A stretch of DNA of 64,000 nt from an uncultured Eubacteriales bacterium (GTDB lineage: Bacteria > Bacillota > Clostridia > Oscillospirales > UBA644): contig URFZ01000004.1 of NCBI GenBank assembly GCA_900547165.1, positions 47,104-111,103 on the forward strand. The letters are read 5' to 3'. Both the position numbers and the translations under genes were made by a program. Each line of letters starts with the position of its first letter. Within the stretch, counting starts at the first letter, position 1. Shown in pieces: positions 1 to 8,476 of the stretch. Below the pieces are notes generated by a model. That model worked only from the letters and a program-made list of their open reading frames with translations. It was not told where the DNA came from and ran no database searches.

Positions 1-403
1 GATGTTCGGCTATCTCCGCGCCGACTTGGGCTGTGTCGCCGTCCGTGGTGAGTTTGCCGCAGACAATAAGGTCGCAATCAAGTTTTTTTATACCGCCGAC
101 AAGCGTATACGACGTTGCCAGCACGTCTGCGCCCGCGAACTTTCGGTCGCTTATCAGAACTCCCCTGTCCGCGCCCATATAAACGGTTTCGAGCAATGCG
201 GTCTTTGCCTGCGGAGGTCCCATGGTCACGGTTGAGACCGTGCCGCCGTAACGGTCTTTGAGTTCAAATGCGGTCTCCAACGCGAACAGGTCGTAAGGGT
301 TCAGTTTGCTCTCTACGCCGTCGCGGACGAGCGTTCCCGTTTCGGGGTCAACGGCAACTTTTGTCGTGCCCGGAACCTGCTTGACGCACACAACGATATT
401 CAT
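1..403 (-). CDS. etfB: Electron transfer flavoprotein beta subunit, N-terminal part (C-terminus lies left of the window)
   Basis: Absent from the ORF track because it runs off the edge. Hand translation from ATG (plus-strand CAT 401-403) gives [43 protein letters not shown]..., a canonical EtfB/FixA N-terminus. AGGAGA lies about 9 nt upstream. Confidence 0.85.
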   Translation of the reverse strand, partial: MNIVVCVKQVPGTTKVAVDPETGTLVRDGVESKLNPYDLFALETAFELKDRYGGTVSTVTMGPPQAKTALLETVYMGADRGVLISDRKFAGADVLATSYTLVGGIKKLDCDLIVCGKLTTDGDTAQVGAEIAEH

Positions 404-600
404 TCGGACATATCTCCTTTTATGTTATATCTTTAATATGATATGTGTTATATCATTTTCTACAAGATTATAGCATACATTTCCGATAAATGCAAGATTG
501 AAAATGCGCCCAATGTGCAATATCGTTAAAAATATATAAATACAGTTTATATGTTTTGGTTATTATTGAAAATATGGCGCTCAAAGGATAAAATCGGGAG

Positions 601-657
601 TTTAGTCAGATACAATTTGCAAAATCATAATTTAGTCAGATACGATTTGGCAAATCG
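601..657. repeat. Tandem direct repeat, two copies of about 27 bp (TTTAGTCAGATACRATTTGSCAAA...), in the AT-rich region upstream of etfB
   Basis: Copies at 601-626 and 631-657 read directly from the sequence, about 200-250 bp upstream of the etfB start. Confidence 0.5.
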
Positions 658-720
658 TACTTGACTAAATTTGCGATGTTGGAAAATATTCGGCGCAACA
701 GACGAAGAAGAAACAGCAAA

Positions 721-766
721 ACGCAAAAAGAGAGAACCGCCGACCTCTCTCCAATCGGCGGTTCTC
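721..766 (-). terminator. Rho-independent terminator downstream of the 573-aa surface protein gene
   Basis: 12-bp stem GAGAACCGCCGA (732-743) pairs with TCGGCGGTTCTC (755-766). On the minus strand it is followed by TCTTTTTGCGTTTT. Confidence 0.5.
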
Positions 767-952
767 GAAGGACCGGTTATACGAATAAATCATCTGCTTT
801 TGACAGACAATTTATCGTCTGTATAGAAATTTTTTCTGAGCAAAGTTATTTGTGTCTGTTAAAAATGCCCCATAGGCAACGGCAGAATATACGCGCCTTG
901 TTGCCTATGCCTGATAATATCGGAGCGACAACCGTTTCGAAGCCCGATTATA

Positions 953-2674
953 TCAGAACGCCTTTTTCTTTTTGAGGACGATAAGTCCCGCAAGGCAGAG
1001 AGAAGAAAGCATCGCGGCTGCGACCCAAATGCCGAGGTTTGCGGGGTCGGAAGTCGAGGGCGTTTTTTCTTTTTTGGGAATTTCCGTCCCCTCGCTTCGC
1101 TTTGTGCCGCAGACGGAACATTCTTCGTGTTTTTCTCCCGTTTCGTCTTCGGTCGCTTCGCGGTCTACGATCCATTCAAAGGTGTGTGCGTCTTCATCAA
1201 GACGAACGCCGCAAACGCACTCGTGCCAATGTTTTTCGGCATCAGCGCGAATGCCGTTTTCATCGGGAGCATGGGCAACGGCAGCGTCGGTTATTTCGCA
1301 GCCTGCATTTTGGCATTCATGCCAATGACCGTTTTCGTCGGAGAGCCACTCTCCCGAAAAATCGTGATTGAGCGCTGCTTTTATCTCATAGCCGCAGACG
1401 GTGCAGTTTATCGCGGTGGTGCAGTCGCCGTCGTCCGCGCCGACGTGCGCTTCTTTGGTGTCAACCGCTTCGCAGCCTGCGTTTTGGCATTTATGCCAAT
1501 GCCCGTTTTCGTCGGAGAGCCGGTCGCCCGAAAAATCGTGCTGTTTTGCGGCGGTGACAACTTCGGAGCAGTATACGCAGTAAACGGGAATCGTGCAATC
1601 GCCGAGGTTCAAACCCGGAGTATGCCCGTCGTAAACGGTCACGTCGGCGGTCGTTTTGTTTCCCGCCTCGTCGTAAACAACGATGCTGTTTTTACCGAAC
1701 GGAAGCGTATAAACGCCGTTTTCGGGTTTGATCTCCTCGTTGTTTACGAATACGCCGTACAGGTATTCCTCAGTGACCGTGAACGTTTGCCCTGAGCAGT
1801 ATATTCTGCCGTCCTCGATGCCGTTTATAACGGGCGCTGTCTTGTCTATTATTATGCGGTCGGAGCGGAGATACCGAATATTCATTCCGCCGTCAACTAT
1901 CATGACGTAAATGATATATTCGCCGTCCTCGTCAAGAACAATAGGCTCTTCATAAGAGGCGTACACCGCGTTTTCCATGTCGGCAACGGACATATCCTGC
2001 GATGAAATAATATAGCCTATCATCATGACGGTGCCGTTATCGTAAGCCGTAACCGTGACGGTCTGCGTATCTGCGCAGTACCATTCATAGGTAAGCGGAG
2101 AGGTAAAATCAATCCAATTATAGCCGCGGAGCGTTATCATGCCCTCGGGCGCAACCGTGTCGTGCCAAACGGCGACAAGTTTTATTCGAAGCCAACCGTC
2201 TGTTTCAAGGTCGCCGAATTTGGTATCGGCGGTCACAAAAGTATCTTTGAAGCGCCAGCCTTTGAACTCAAAGCCCTCTCTTGTGGGGGCTGCAACGCCT
2301 TCAAGAACCTTATCCGAATAGTAAAGCGTTTTTTCGGGAATAGATGTTCCGCCTTGCGTGTCGAAAGAGACGTAATACTTTATTGCCGACCATTTTGCTT
2401 TGTAAGTCGAAACGCCCGGACCTGTCGGCACATACGTCCAACCCGTGAGACGGTGTCCCGGCTTATAAACGTCGGCAGACGTCGGGAAAGGGATATTCTC
2501 ACCGAAAATGTAACTTGTCGGCAACGTATACCCCTCTTTGACAAAGCCGCCGTCAAGGTCGAAAATCAGTTGAATCTCCCTTTTTTCGTCATCGGCGTTG
2601 GCAGCAAGAGCCAACAGCCCGAACGACAGCACTATGGCAAGCAGAATACAAAATACTCGTTTCTTCATCTTCAA
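953..2674 (-). CDS. Secreted, membrane-anchored surface protein with InlB B-repeat (Listeria-Bacteroides repeat) domains and C-terminal Cys/His-rich repeats
   Basis: Signal peptide MKMKKRVFCILLAIVLSFGLLALAANA. Segments of the GHRLTGW.. / ..GFEFKGW type. Two repeats HDFSG(D/E)xLSDENGHWH(K/E)CQNAGCE. C-terminal TM helix LGIWVAAAMLSSLCLAGLIVL followed by KKKK. Confidence 0.8.
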   Translation of the reverse strand: MKMKKRVFCILLAIVLSFGLLALAANADDEKREIQLIFDLDGGFVKEGYTLPTSYIFGENIPFPTSADVYKPGHRLTGWTYVPTGPGVSTYKAKWSAIKYYVSFDTQGGTSIPEKTLYYSDKVLEGVAAPTREGFEFKGWRFKDTFVTADTKFGDLETDGWLRIKLVAVWHDTVAPEGMITLRGYNWIDFTSPLTYEWYCADTQTVTVTAYDNGTVMMIGYIISSQDMSVADMENAVYASYEEPIVLDEDGEYIIYVMIVDGGMNIRYLRSDRIIIDKTAPVINGIEDGRIYCSGQTFTVTEEYLYGVFVNNEEIKPENGVYTLPFGKNSIVVYDEAGNKTTADVTVYDGHTPGLNLGDCTIPVYCVYCSEVVTAAKQHDFSGDRLSDENGHWHKCQNAGCEAVDTKEAHVGADDGDCTTAINCTVCGYEIKAALNHDFSGEWLSDENGHWHECQNAGCEITDAAVAHAPDENGIRADAEKHWHECVCGVRLDEDAHTFEWIVDREATEDETGEKHEECSVCGTKRSEGTEIPKKEKTPSTSDPANLGIWVAAAMLSSLCLAGLIVLKKKKAF

Positions 2675-2823
2675 TCCTCCGTCATCTGTTCGGCGCAGGA
2701 AAGCCGCGTTTCACAATTTAATATTGGGTTATGCACCAATTATATCATAGTTTGTAATAAAATGCAATAGGAAAATGAAAATTTAAAAAAAATGATAAAA
2801 AAAACAAAAGTAAAAACTTTATA

Positions 2824-2852
2824 TTGACAAATAGGTATAATACATGTATAAT
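2824..2852 (+). promoter_or_regulatory. Consensus sigma-A-type promoter for phd-doc
   Basis: TTGACA (2824-2829), a 17-nt spacer, then TATAAT (2847-2852). RBS GAAGGTG lies before the ATG at 2878. Confidence 0.6.
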
Positions 2853-2877
2853 TTATTAAAGAAGGTGTGATGCACAA

Positions 2878-3120
2878 ATGATAATTGACACTAATCAAGT
2901 TATAACTGTAACAGCAGCAAACCAAAACTTCTCAAAAGTGACGCGTATTGCGGATAAATACGGTAAAGCGGTAGTATTTAAGCACGGAAAGCCAAAATAC
3001 ATTCTTGTCAACACGGAAAAAGAACCCCAGCTTGAATTGACTGATGATGAAAAAATTGATATTGTTGCGGCAAGAGTTTTGAAAAAGTACAGAAAGGCTT
3101 TTGAGGAACTGGCAAAATGA
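2878..3120 (+). CDS. Type II antitoxin, Phd/YefM family
   Basis: 80 aa. The N-terminus (..VITVTAANQNFSKVTRIADKYGKAVVFKHGKPKYILV) fits the Phd/YefM pattern. ATGA stop-start overlap with the downstream Doc gene. Confidence 0.75.
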   Translation: MIIDTNQVITVTAANQNFSKVTRIADKYGKAVVFKHGKPKYILVNTEKEPQLELTDDEKIDIVAARVLKKYRKAFEELAK

Positions 3121-3497
3121 TAAAGTTTTCGAAAGACAAAATTCTGCTGCTTCATAGATTAGTTTCAGAGCAGACAGGCGGAGATATCGGAGTTCGAGAC
3201 GAATCTCTCATTGAATCTGCGATTTCAAGTGCTTTTCAAACTTTCGACGGAGAAGAATTATTCAAAACAATTGAAGAAAAGGCTGCAAAACTCGGATATG
3301 CATTGATTTCAAATCATGCTTTTGTTGACGGAAACAAGCGAATAGGTATGTTCGTTATGATTACGTTCATGGAAGTGAACGGTATTAAAATATTTTCAAC
3401 AGACTCCGAAGTCGCAGAGCTCGGATTGTCTGTTGCTGGCGGGCAAAAATGTTACGAAGACGTACTTAACTGGATCAAAGACCACGAAGTTGAATAA
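3117..3497 (+). CDS. doc: Type II toxin, Doc (death-on-curing) / Fic family
   Basis: 126 aa with the Doc-type Fic motif HAFVDGNKRIG. Translationally coupled to the upstream antitoxin. Confidence 0.85.
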   Translation: MIKFSKDKILLLHRLVSEQTGGDIGVRDESLIESAISSAFQTFDGEELFKTIEEKAAKLGYALISNHAFVDGNKRIGMFVMITFMEVNGIKIFSTDSEVAELGLSVAGGQKCYEDVLNWIKDHEVE

Positions 3498-3527
3498 GCT
3501 CTTTTTCATAAAATTTCAGACACACGC

Positions 3528-3566
3528 ACAAATCCCGCGGAGTGAAAAAACTCTGCGGGATTTGTT
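3528..3566 (+). terminator. Rho-independent terminator after doc
   Basis: ACAAATCCCGCGGAG ... CTCTGCGGGATTTGT stem with one mismatch, followed by TTTCTG. Confidence 0.55.
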
Positions 3567-3618
3567 TTCTGAATGAATATATCTGAATTTATGAATATGC
3601 CTTTATTCTTCCGTTAAA

Positions 3619-4590
3619 TCACTTTGCCCAAAAGAGCGTGACAAAAACGGTAACGGCGGAGACAAACGCCTGAACAATGGCGAAACGGTAATCGACCTGA
3701 GTGTTTGACCAGCCGCGGTTTTTGCGCATATGGTCGTGAACGGGCGTTCTGATATTCCAGAAAAGTTTGACGTGCAGAAAACGCTTCATCGAAACCTTTA
3801 CAAGACCGAGACCGCCGTCAACGAGCATTACAACGGACGCGGGAATGTAAATGAACGGGCTGCCCGTTTTGAGTGCGGCAAGCGCGATGACCATACCCAT
3901 GGCGCGCGAACCTGCGTCACCCATCATAAGCGACGAGGGGTTGGCGTTAAACCAAAGATAGGCGAACAGCGTTGCGACAAACATCAGCGTTGAGAAGTTG
4001 AAGCCGTCGGCGCCGTTGCGGATAACATCGACGGCAACAAGCGTCAGCAGCGTTATCGAAGTAAGCGTTGCGGAAAGACCGTCTACACCGTCGGTGCAGT
4101 TGGTGACGTTGATGGACGTCCAAACGAGAATGACCGTGAGTATGCCGAACACAACGGGGTGAATGCCGAACGTGAAATCAGCGATAACGAGCGTTGCGGT
4201 GTGGTCGTTGTAAAACAGGAACGTAACGGCAACGGCAACCGCAAGAAGCAGGTCGAGAATGCCTTTTTTGTATTCGTTCCACGGCACGGACGACGCATCG
4301 TCGAAAAAGCCCGTAAGCATGGTGGCTATTACGATGAATATGTAAATGCCGTACTCGATATTAACATCGCCGAACAGCAGCGCCGCGACCGCAAACACGA
4401 GAACAAATATTATTCCCGCGCCGCGGGGTTTGCCCGCCGAAAGTTTTCCGTCAACGGCAAACTCTCTGCCGCCGTCACGCGGAAGTTTGTTTTTGAACAG
4501 TTTTGTGAACAAAAGCGTTGCGGCGAACGCGAATATCACGCCGATATAATATACAAGCGAGTGATTGACGCCGTTTATCAGATTGAGCAT
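3619..4590 (-). CDS. MraY-family (glycosyltransferase family 4) polyprenyl-phosphate sugar-phosphate transferase, divergent stand-alone copy
   Basis: 323 aa and polytopic. Motifs NCTDGVDGL and GDAGSRAMG match the MraY/WecA signatures. C-terminal PVHDHMRKNRGWS aligns by eye with the MraY PxHHHFExxGW region. Confidence 0.7.
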   Translation of the reverse strand: MLNLINGVNHSLVYYIGVIFAFAATLLFTKLFKNKLPRDGGREFAVDGKLSAGKPRGAGIIFVLVFAVAALLFGDVNIEYGIYIFIVIATMLTGFFDDASSVPWNEYKKGILDLLLAVAVAVTFLFYNDHTATLVIADFTFGIHPVVFGILTVILVWTSINVTNCTDGVDGLSATLTSITLLTLVAVDVIRNGADGFNFSTLMFVATLFAYLWFNANPSSLMMGDAGSRAMGMVIALAALKTGSPFIYIPASVVMLVDGGLGLVKVSMKRFLHVKLFWNIRTPVHDHMRKNRGWSNTQVDYRFAIVQAFVSAVTVFVTLFWAK

Positions 4591-4685
4591 ATACAGCCTC
4601 CGAAATTTTCATTTACAGCATATTATACCATACATTTGCGGATATGGCAAGAGTATCGTCAAATTTTTCGGAGATTCGGGGATTC

Positions 4686-4750
4686 TGATTTTCTATTCCG
4701 CAAGATTTCGGGATTTCATTCCGCAGGATTTTGAGATTTCATTCCGAAAG
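4686..4750. repeat. Degenerate tandem repeat, about 3 units of about 22 bp (GATTT..ATTTCATTCCGNANGATTTT)
   Basis: Read directly from the intergenic region between the MraY-like gene and the GNAT gene. Confidence 0.4.
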
Positions 4751-4794
4751 ATTTTTTTTGCGGACGGTGCGGAAAGCACTTTTGTTGAGCGAGG

Positions 4795-5547
4795 TCAGAC
4801 TATGCCGTCGATTATTTTTTCGAATTTTGGGACGGACTGAATCTCATGCGTGATGAAATTGCCGTTGTGCCAAAGCGAAAATGTCGTAAACGGGCAGGGG
4901 GCGTTTTGTGCGGCTTCGCGTGTATCAATATGAACGGACGTCATTTTTACGCCGCGTTTTTCGGCGGCGGCGCAGAGCAGCGGAACATACTTTGCGGTAA
5001 ACGGACATTGCGAAGTGTAGAAAAGAGTAAAACCGACGGACATTGTCGCGGGAGCGTTCACGCAAGGACGGAATTGCGGAATTTCTGCCGATTCGTCAAA
5101 CGGCAAATACCAAAGTTCGAAATACGGAGCTGCCGCATCGGCAAGTTTGAAGCCTTTATAAAGAAGATATTTCGGGTCGGACAAAAAACCGTGTTTCTTT
5201 TTCGAAGACAGAACGCAAAGCCCCTTTTTCCCCTTTTCGCGGCTGTCCCGAATACATTCGGCAAGCAGTTCGGAGGAATATCCGTGTCCCTTGAATTGTC
5301 CCGAGACCCAAAGACAGTCAATATACATATACCCGTCGGCTGCTATCGGAGCCCACGCGTTTTCAGCGGGGATATATTCGATAAAACATTTGCCGCGGAC
5401 ATTACCTTTCAGAAAAACAAGTCCCTCGTCAAGACGTTCCGCAAGCCACTCTTTTTTCGACGATACCTGAACGTCCTTGTTGTTCGAAATCGCACAGCAG
5501 ATATGCTCGGCATCAAGATTTTCATGAGTGAGACGTATAAATTCCAT
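4795..5547 (-). CDS. GNAT family N-acetyltransferase with YoaP-like C-terminal domain
   Basis: 250 aa. The N-terminal half has an acetyltransferase-like core (..WVSGQFKGHGYSSELLAECI..). The Cys-containing C-terminal half resembles YoaP-type fusions. Confidence 0.65.
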   Translation of the reverse strand: MEFIRLTHENLDAEHICCAISNNKDVQVSSKKEWLAERLDEGLVFLKGNVRGKCFIEYIPAENAWAPIAADGYMYIDCLWVSGQFKGHGYSSELLAECIRDSREKGKKGLCVLSSKKKHGFLSDPKYLLYKGFKLADAAAPYFELWYLPFDESAEIPQFRPCVNAPATMSVGFTLFYTSQCPFTAKYVPLLCAAAEKRGVKMTSVHIDTREAAQNAPCPFTTFSLWHNGNFITHEIQSVPKFEKIIDGIV

Positions 5548-5721
5548 TATCTTCTCCTTTTATAAAACATACGTTGCAAATTATACGGAACATTATACAA
5601 CCAACAAAAGGATTTGTCAAGTAGATGTTTTTTACAAGGCTTTTGCGAAAGTTAGGACGAAAATCAGCCCGTCAAAACCGTCAAGAGTTCGGGTAGAATC
5701 AGCGCATCAAATCAATATATA

Positions 5722-5844
5722 TTCGGCGAATTCATTTCGCCGAACTATTTTTTCCTGTGCAAACCAAACGCTTAAACCCCATACATATAAATAAAGTGAA
5801 GCGCGACCCTGCAAAAGCAGAGCCGCACTTCCAAGAGAAAGAAA
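5722..5844. repeat. Intergenic repeat module, copy 1 (small hairpin, conserved spacer, long hairpin)
   Basis: TTCGGCGAATTCATTTCGCCGAA ... CATACATATAAA ... hairpin ... CTTCCAAGAGAAAGAAA. A second copy starts 208 bp to the right. Confidence 0.6.
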
Positions 5845-5929
5845 CTCTCAAAACGCGCCGCCGTTTTGAGAACAGCCATGTGCGTGTTGCGCAGCGACAA
5901 TTTCGCACGGCGTATCGGATCGACCGGTC

Positions 5930-6048
5930 TTCGGCGAATTTATTTCGCCGAACTATTACTCCCTGCGCAAACTAAACACTTAAATACAATACATATAAAA
6001 TGAAGAGAGACTTCACCGAAGTGAAGCCCCTCTTCCAAGAGAAAGAAA
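5930..6048. repeat. Intergenic repeat module, copy 2
   Basis: Same layout as 5722-5844. The long hairpin has a different stem sequence but sits at the same position. On the minus strand it reads as a terminator-like stem with a UUCG loop followed by ATTTTAT, just after the htrA stop. Confidence 0.6.
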
Positions 6049-6124
6049 TATGAAAAAAACACGAGCAAGCAATTTAAGTTTTCCGACCGCGTGATTGCGA
6101 GCGCGGAGGAAAAGGGCTTATGCG

Positions 6125-7678
6125 TCAGCCGTTCTGCGACGGGACGTATTCGCCAAAGGTCAGGGAGACGGTCTTTTGTTCGCCGTTCCTGATTATGGTC
6201 ACGTCAATGGTGTCGCCTATCTTGTGAGCGTCAACAACGGAGTTATAGTCCGACATGGAACTGATAACCGTGCCGTCCATGCTGACAAGCAGGTCGCCGC
6301 TTCTGAATTGAGAAGTTGCGTCCGTGACTTTGTATACATATATACCGGTTCTCGAAACACGGTAACTTATCGCGGTTGCGCGGTCGGTGAGGTCGATGGG
6401 TTCAAAACCCGTCGAGATCCTGCCCGTAACGTAGCCGTATTGAATAATATCGTTTATAACAGTTTTTGCGGTGTTGACGGGAATTGCAAAGCCGAGGTTA
6501 TCTATATTCGAACCTGTCGATTTTGCATTGACTATGCCGATAAGGTTGCCGTTTGCGTCAAATGCGCCGCCGCCTGAGTTACCGGGGTTGACAGCCGCAT
6601 CTATCTGCAAAAGCGTCATGGTCTGATTTTCAATGGTTACCTGACGGTCAAGCGCGCTGACAATGCCCTTGGTGACGCTTCCGCCGAGAGAGCCGAGAGG
6701 GTTGCCGATAACGACAACGTCCTGTCCGACAACTATCTGCGAAGAGTCGCCGAATACCGCGGGGGTAAGTCCCGTAGCATTTATTTTGACAACTGCGATG
6801 TCGGTCTTTTCGTCCGTGCCGACAACCGTGGCGTCATAGGTCGTTTTGTTTGCGAGCGTGACTTTTATATTTGTTGCGCCGTCAACGACGTGATTGTTCG
6901 TGACTATATATCCGTCCGCGCTGACAACAACGCCGCTGCCTGCGCCCTGGGTAACATACTGACCGAAGAAAGTGGAGGTGGTGACGGTCTCCGTTGTTAT
7001 CTCGACAACGGAGTTTTCAACCGCCGCAACGACTTTTGCGGTGTCCGTGCTGCCCGCGACGGAGGAGGGGTCAACTTTGGGTTCGGTGCTTTCGTAAATG
7101 ACGGTGTTGCCGCCCGAAGATGTCTGCGAACCGCCCGCTGTGCCGTTTCTGCCGAAGAGCATATACGAACCGCCGATGCCGAGTCCCGTTGAAAGGATTA
7201 TTGCCGCGACAAGCAGCGCGCAAACGGCGCCGATGCCGAACTTCTTTTTCTCTTTCGGCTTTTTGGGAGGTCTCGGAGGCTGCTGCGGAGAGGAATATGA
7301 ATACGTTCCGTTCGGAGCAACTCTGCCGTAGCCGTATTCGCCGCCGTAATTATAATTGGTCTGCGGCTGACCGTTGCGATACGAGTATTCGTAGCGCGGG
7401 GGTTGTGCGGTGGTCTGTGCGGGCGCGCCGTAAGGCGGGTTCGGTCTGTGATACGGAGGCTGTCCCGCAGGAGCATGGGGTTCGGGTCTTGTGCCGACCT
7501 CGTAGCGTTCGCCCGTTTGCGGGTCGTAAGCATATCTCGGCTGCGGTCTGTCGGGCGTTTCGGCGGCGGGCGTTGTCTGCGCCGCGTCCGTCTGTGCCGT
7601 CTGCACATCGTCGGGTCTCGTTTCGTTCTCCGACGGCGTTTCATTTATATTGAGTTCGTTTTTTTCGAAATCGTCCAT
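6125..7678 (-). CDS. htrA: HtrA/DegP-like S1C serine protease with PDZ domain and a long Pro/Gln/Tyr-rich N-terminal region
   Basis: 517 aa. Has a TM segment (FGIGAVCALLVAAIILSTGLGIG), the catalytic-serine motif GNSGG, and a PDZ-like C-terminus. Confidence 0.85.
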   Translation of the reverse strand: MDDFEKNELNINETPSENETRPDDVQTAQTDAAQTTPAAETPDRPQPRYAYDPQTGERYEVGTRPEPHAPAGQPPYHRPNPPYGAPAQTTAQPPRYEYSYRNGQPQTNYNYGGEYGYGRVAPNGTYSYSSPQQPPRPPKKPKEKKKFGIGAVCALLVAAIILSTGLGIGGSYMLFGRNGTAGGSQTSSGGNTVIYESTEPKVDPSSVAGSTDTAKVVAAVENSVVEITTETVTTSTFFGQYVTQGAGSGVVVSADGYIVTNNHVVDGATNIKVTLANKTTYDATVVGTDEKTDIAVVKINATGLTPAVFGDSSQIVVGQDVVVIGNPLGSLGGSVTKGIVSALDRQVTIENQTMTLLQIDAAVNPGNSGGGAFDANGNLIGIVNAKSTGSNIDNLGFAIPVNTAKTVINDIIQYGYVTGRISTGFEPIDLTDRATAISYRVSRTGIYVYKVTDATSQFRSGDLLVSMDGTVISSMSDYNSVVDAHKIGDTIDVTIIRNGEQKTVSLTFGEYVPSQNG

Positions 7679-7858
7679 TTCAAAAAACCGTCCTTTCTTG
7701 TTTTTACAAGAGGATTATACCCCCCGAAAGTGACGGTTGTGTGAACGCTCGGTAAAAGTCAGCGGAAAATTAGGGAAAAATGCGGTTCACATCGGAAACG
7801 GGCAGGGACTGCCGTTTATATGAAAAAATGTTCGGACAGAGAAAAGCGAACCCAAAGG

Positions 7859-8476
7859 CTATTTTATTCTGAAAATAACGACCTTACCTGCATGAACGGT
7901 TATAGTCGCTTCCGTGTCGGGAAGCGTGGAATTGCTTGCCCAAAGCGGGACGTCGGCAAAGAACTCGGTCTTTTCGACGCTGTATTTCAGTCCGCGTTCG
8001 GTGACAAGCGCGGTTTCGGTCAGCGGAAAAACGGTGACGTTCACGCTTTTTTCTTCTGCGGGGAGCGTCAGAGTGCCGTTTTCGAGATAATCTATCCGCG
8101 CGCGGTCGGTTATGATATACCCTTTTGCGCCGCGGGAGTAAATATACCGCAATGTTGCGATATTGGCAAAAGTGTGGTCTTCCCTCGCGCCGCCGATACC
8201 GCCGACTATAACTATCTCGTCCGCGCCGCGGTCAAGTGCGTAACGGACGGCGTAATGCGTGTCCGTATCGTCCTTTTCAACGGGCAGAACGACCTTTTCG
8301 CCGTTGTAAAGTCTGCCGTTGGGGTATGAGTCAAAGTCTCCTATCACGACGGACGGGCGCACGCCGAAACGCTCGGCGGTCTTCAAACCGACGTCGGCGC
8401 ATATAACAAAATCGTCTTTTTTTATTTCAACGGGAAGGACGGTAAGTTCCGCCCATACAAATATGACCGCTCTCAT
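7859..8476 (-). CDS. thiN: Thiamine diphosphokinase
   Basis: Contains ..VVIGDFDS.. and a C-terminal thiamine-binding-like region. The start is taken at the ATG that overlaps the rsgA stop (ATGA coupling) rather than the track start at 8488. Confidence 0.8.
   Translation of the reverse strand: MRAVIFVWAELTVLPVEIKKDDFVICADVGLKTAERFGVRPSVVIGDFDSYPNGRLYNGEKVVLPVEKDDTDTHYAVRYALDRGADEIVIVGGIGGAREDHTFANIATLRYIYSRGAKGYIITDRARIDYLENGTLTLPAEEKSVNVTVFPLTETALVTERGLKYSVEKTEFFADVPLWASNSTLPDTEATITVHAGKVVIFRIK

Noticed and set aside
661-975. 104-aa TTG-initiated ORF
   Set aside because: It has no RBS. It spans the terminator hairpin at 721-766 and its product is an Arg-rich low-complexity peptide.
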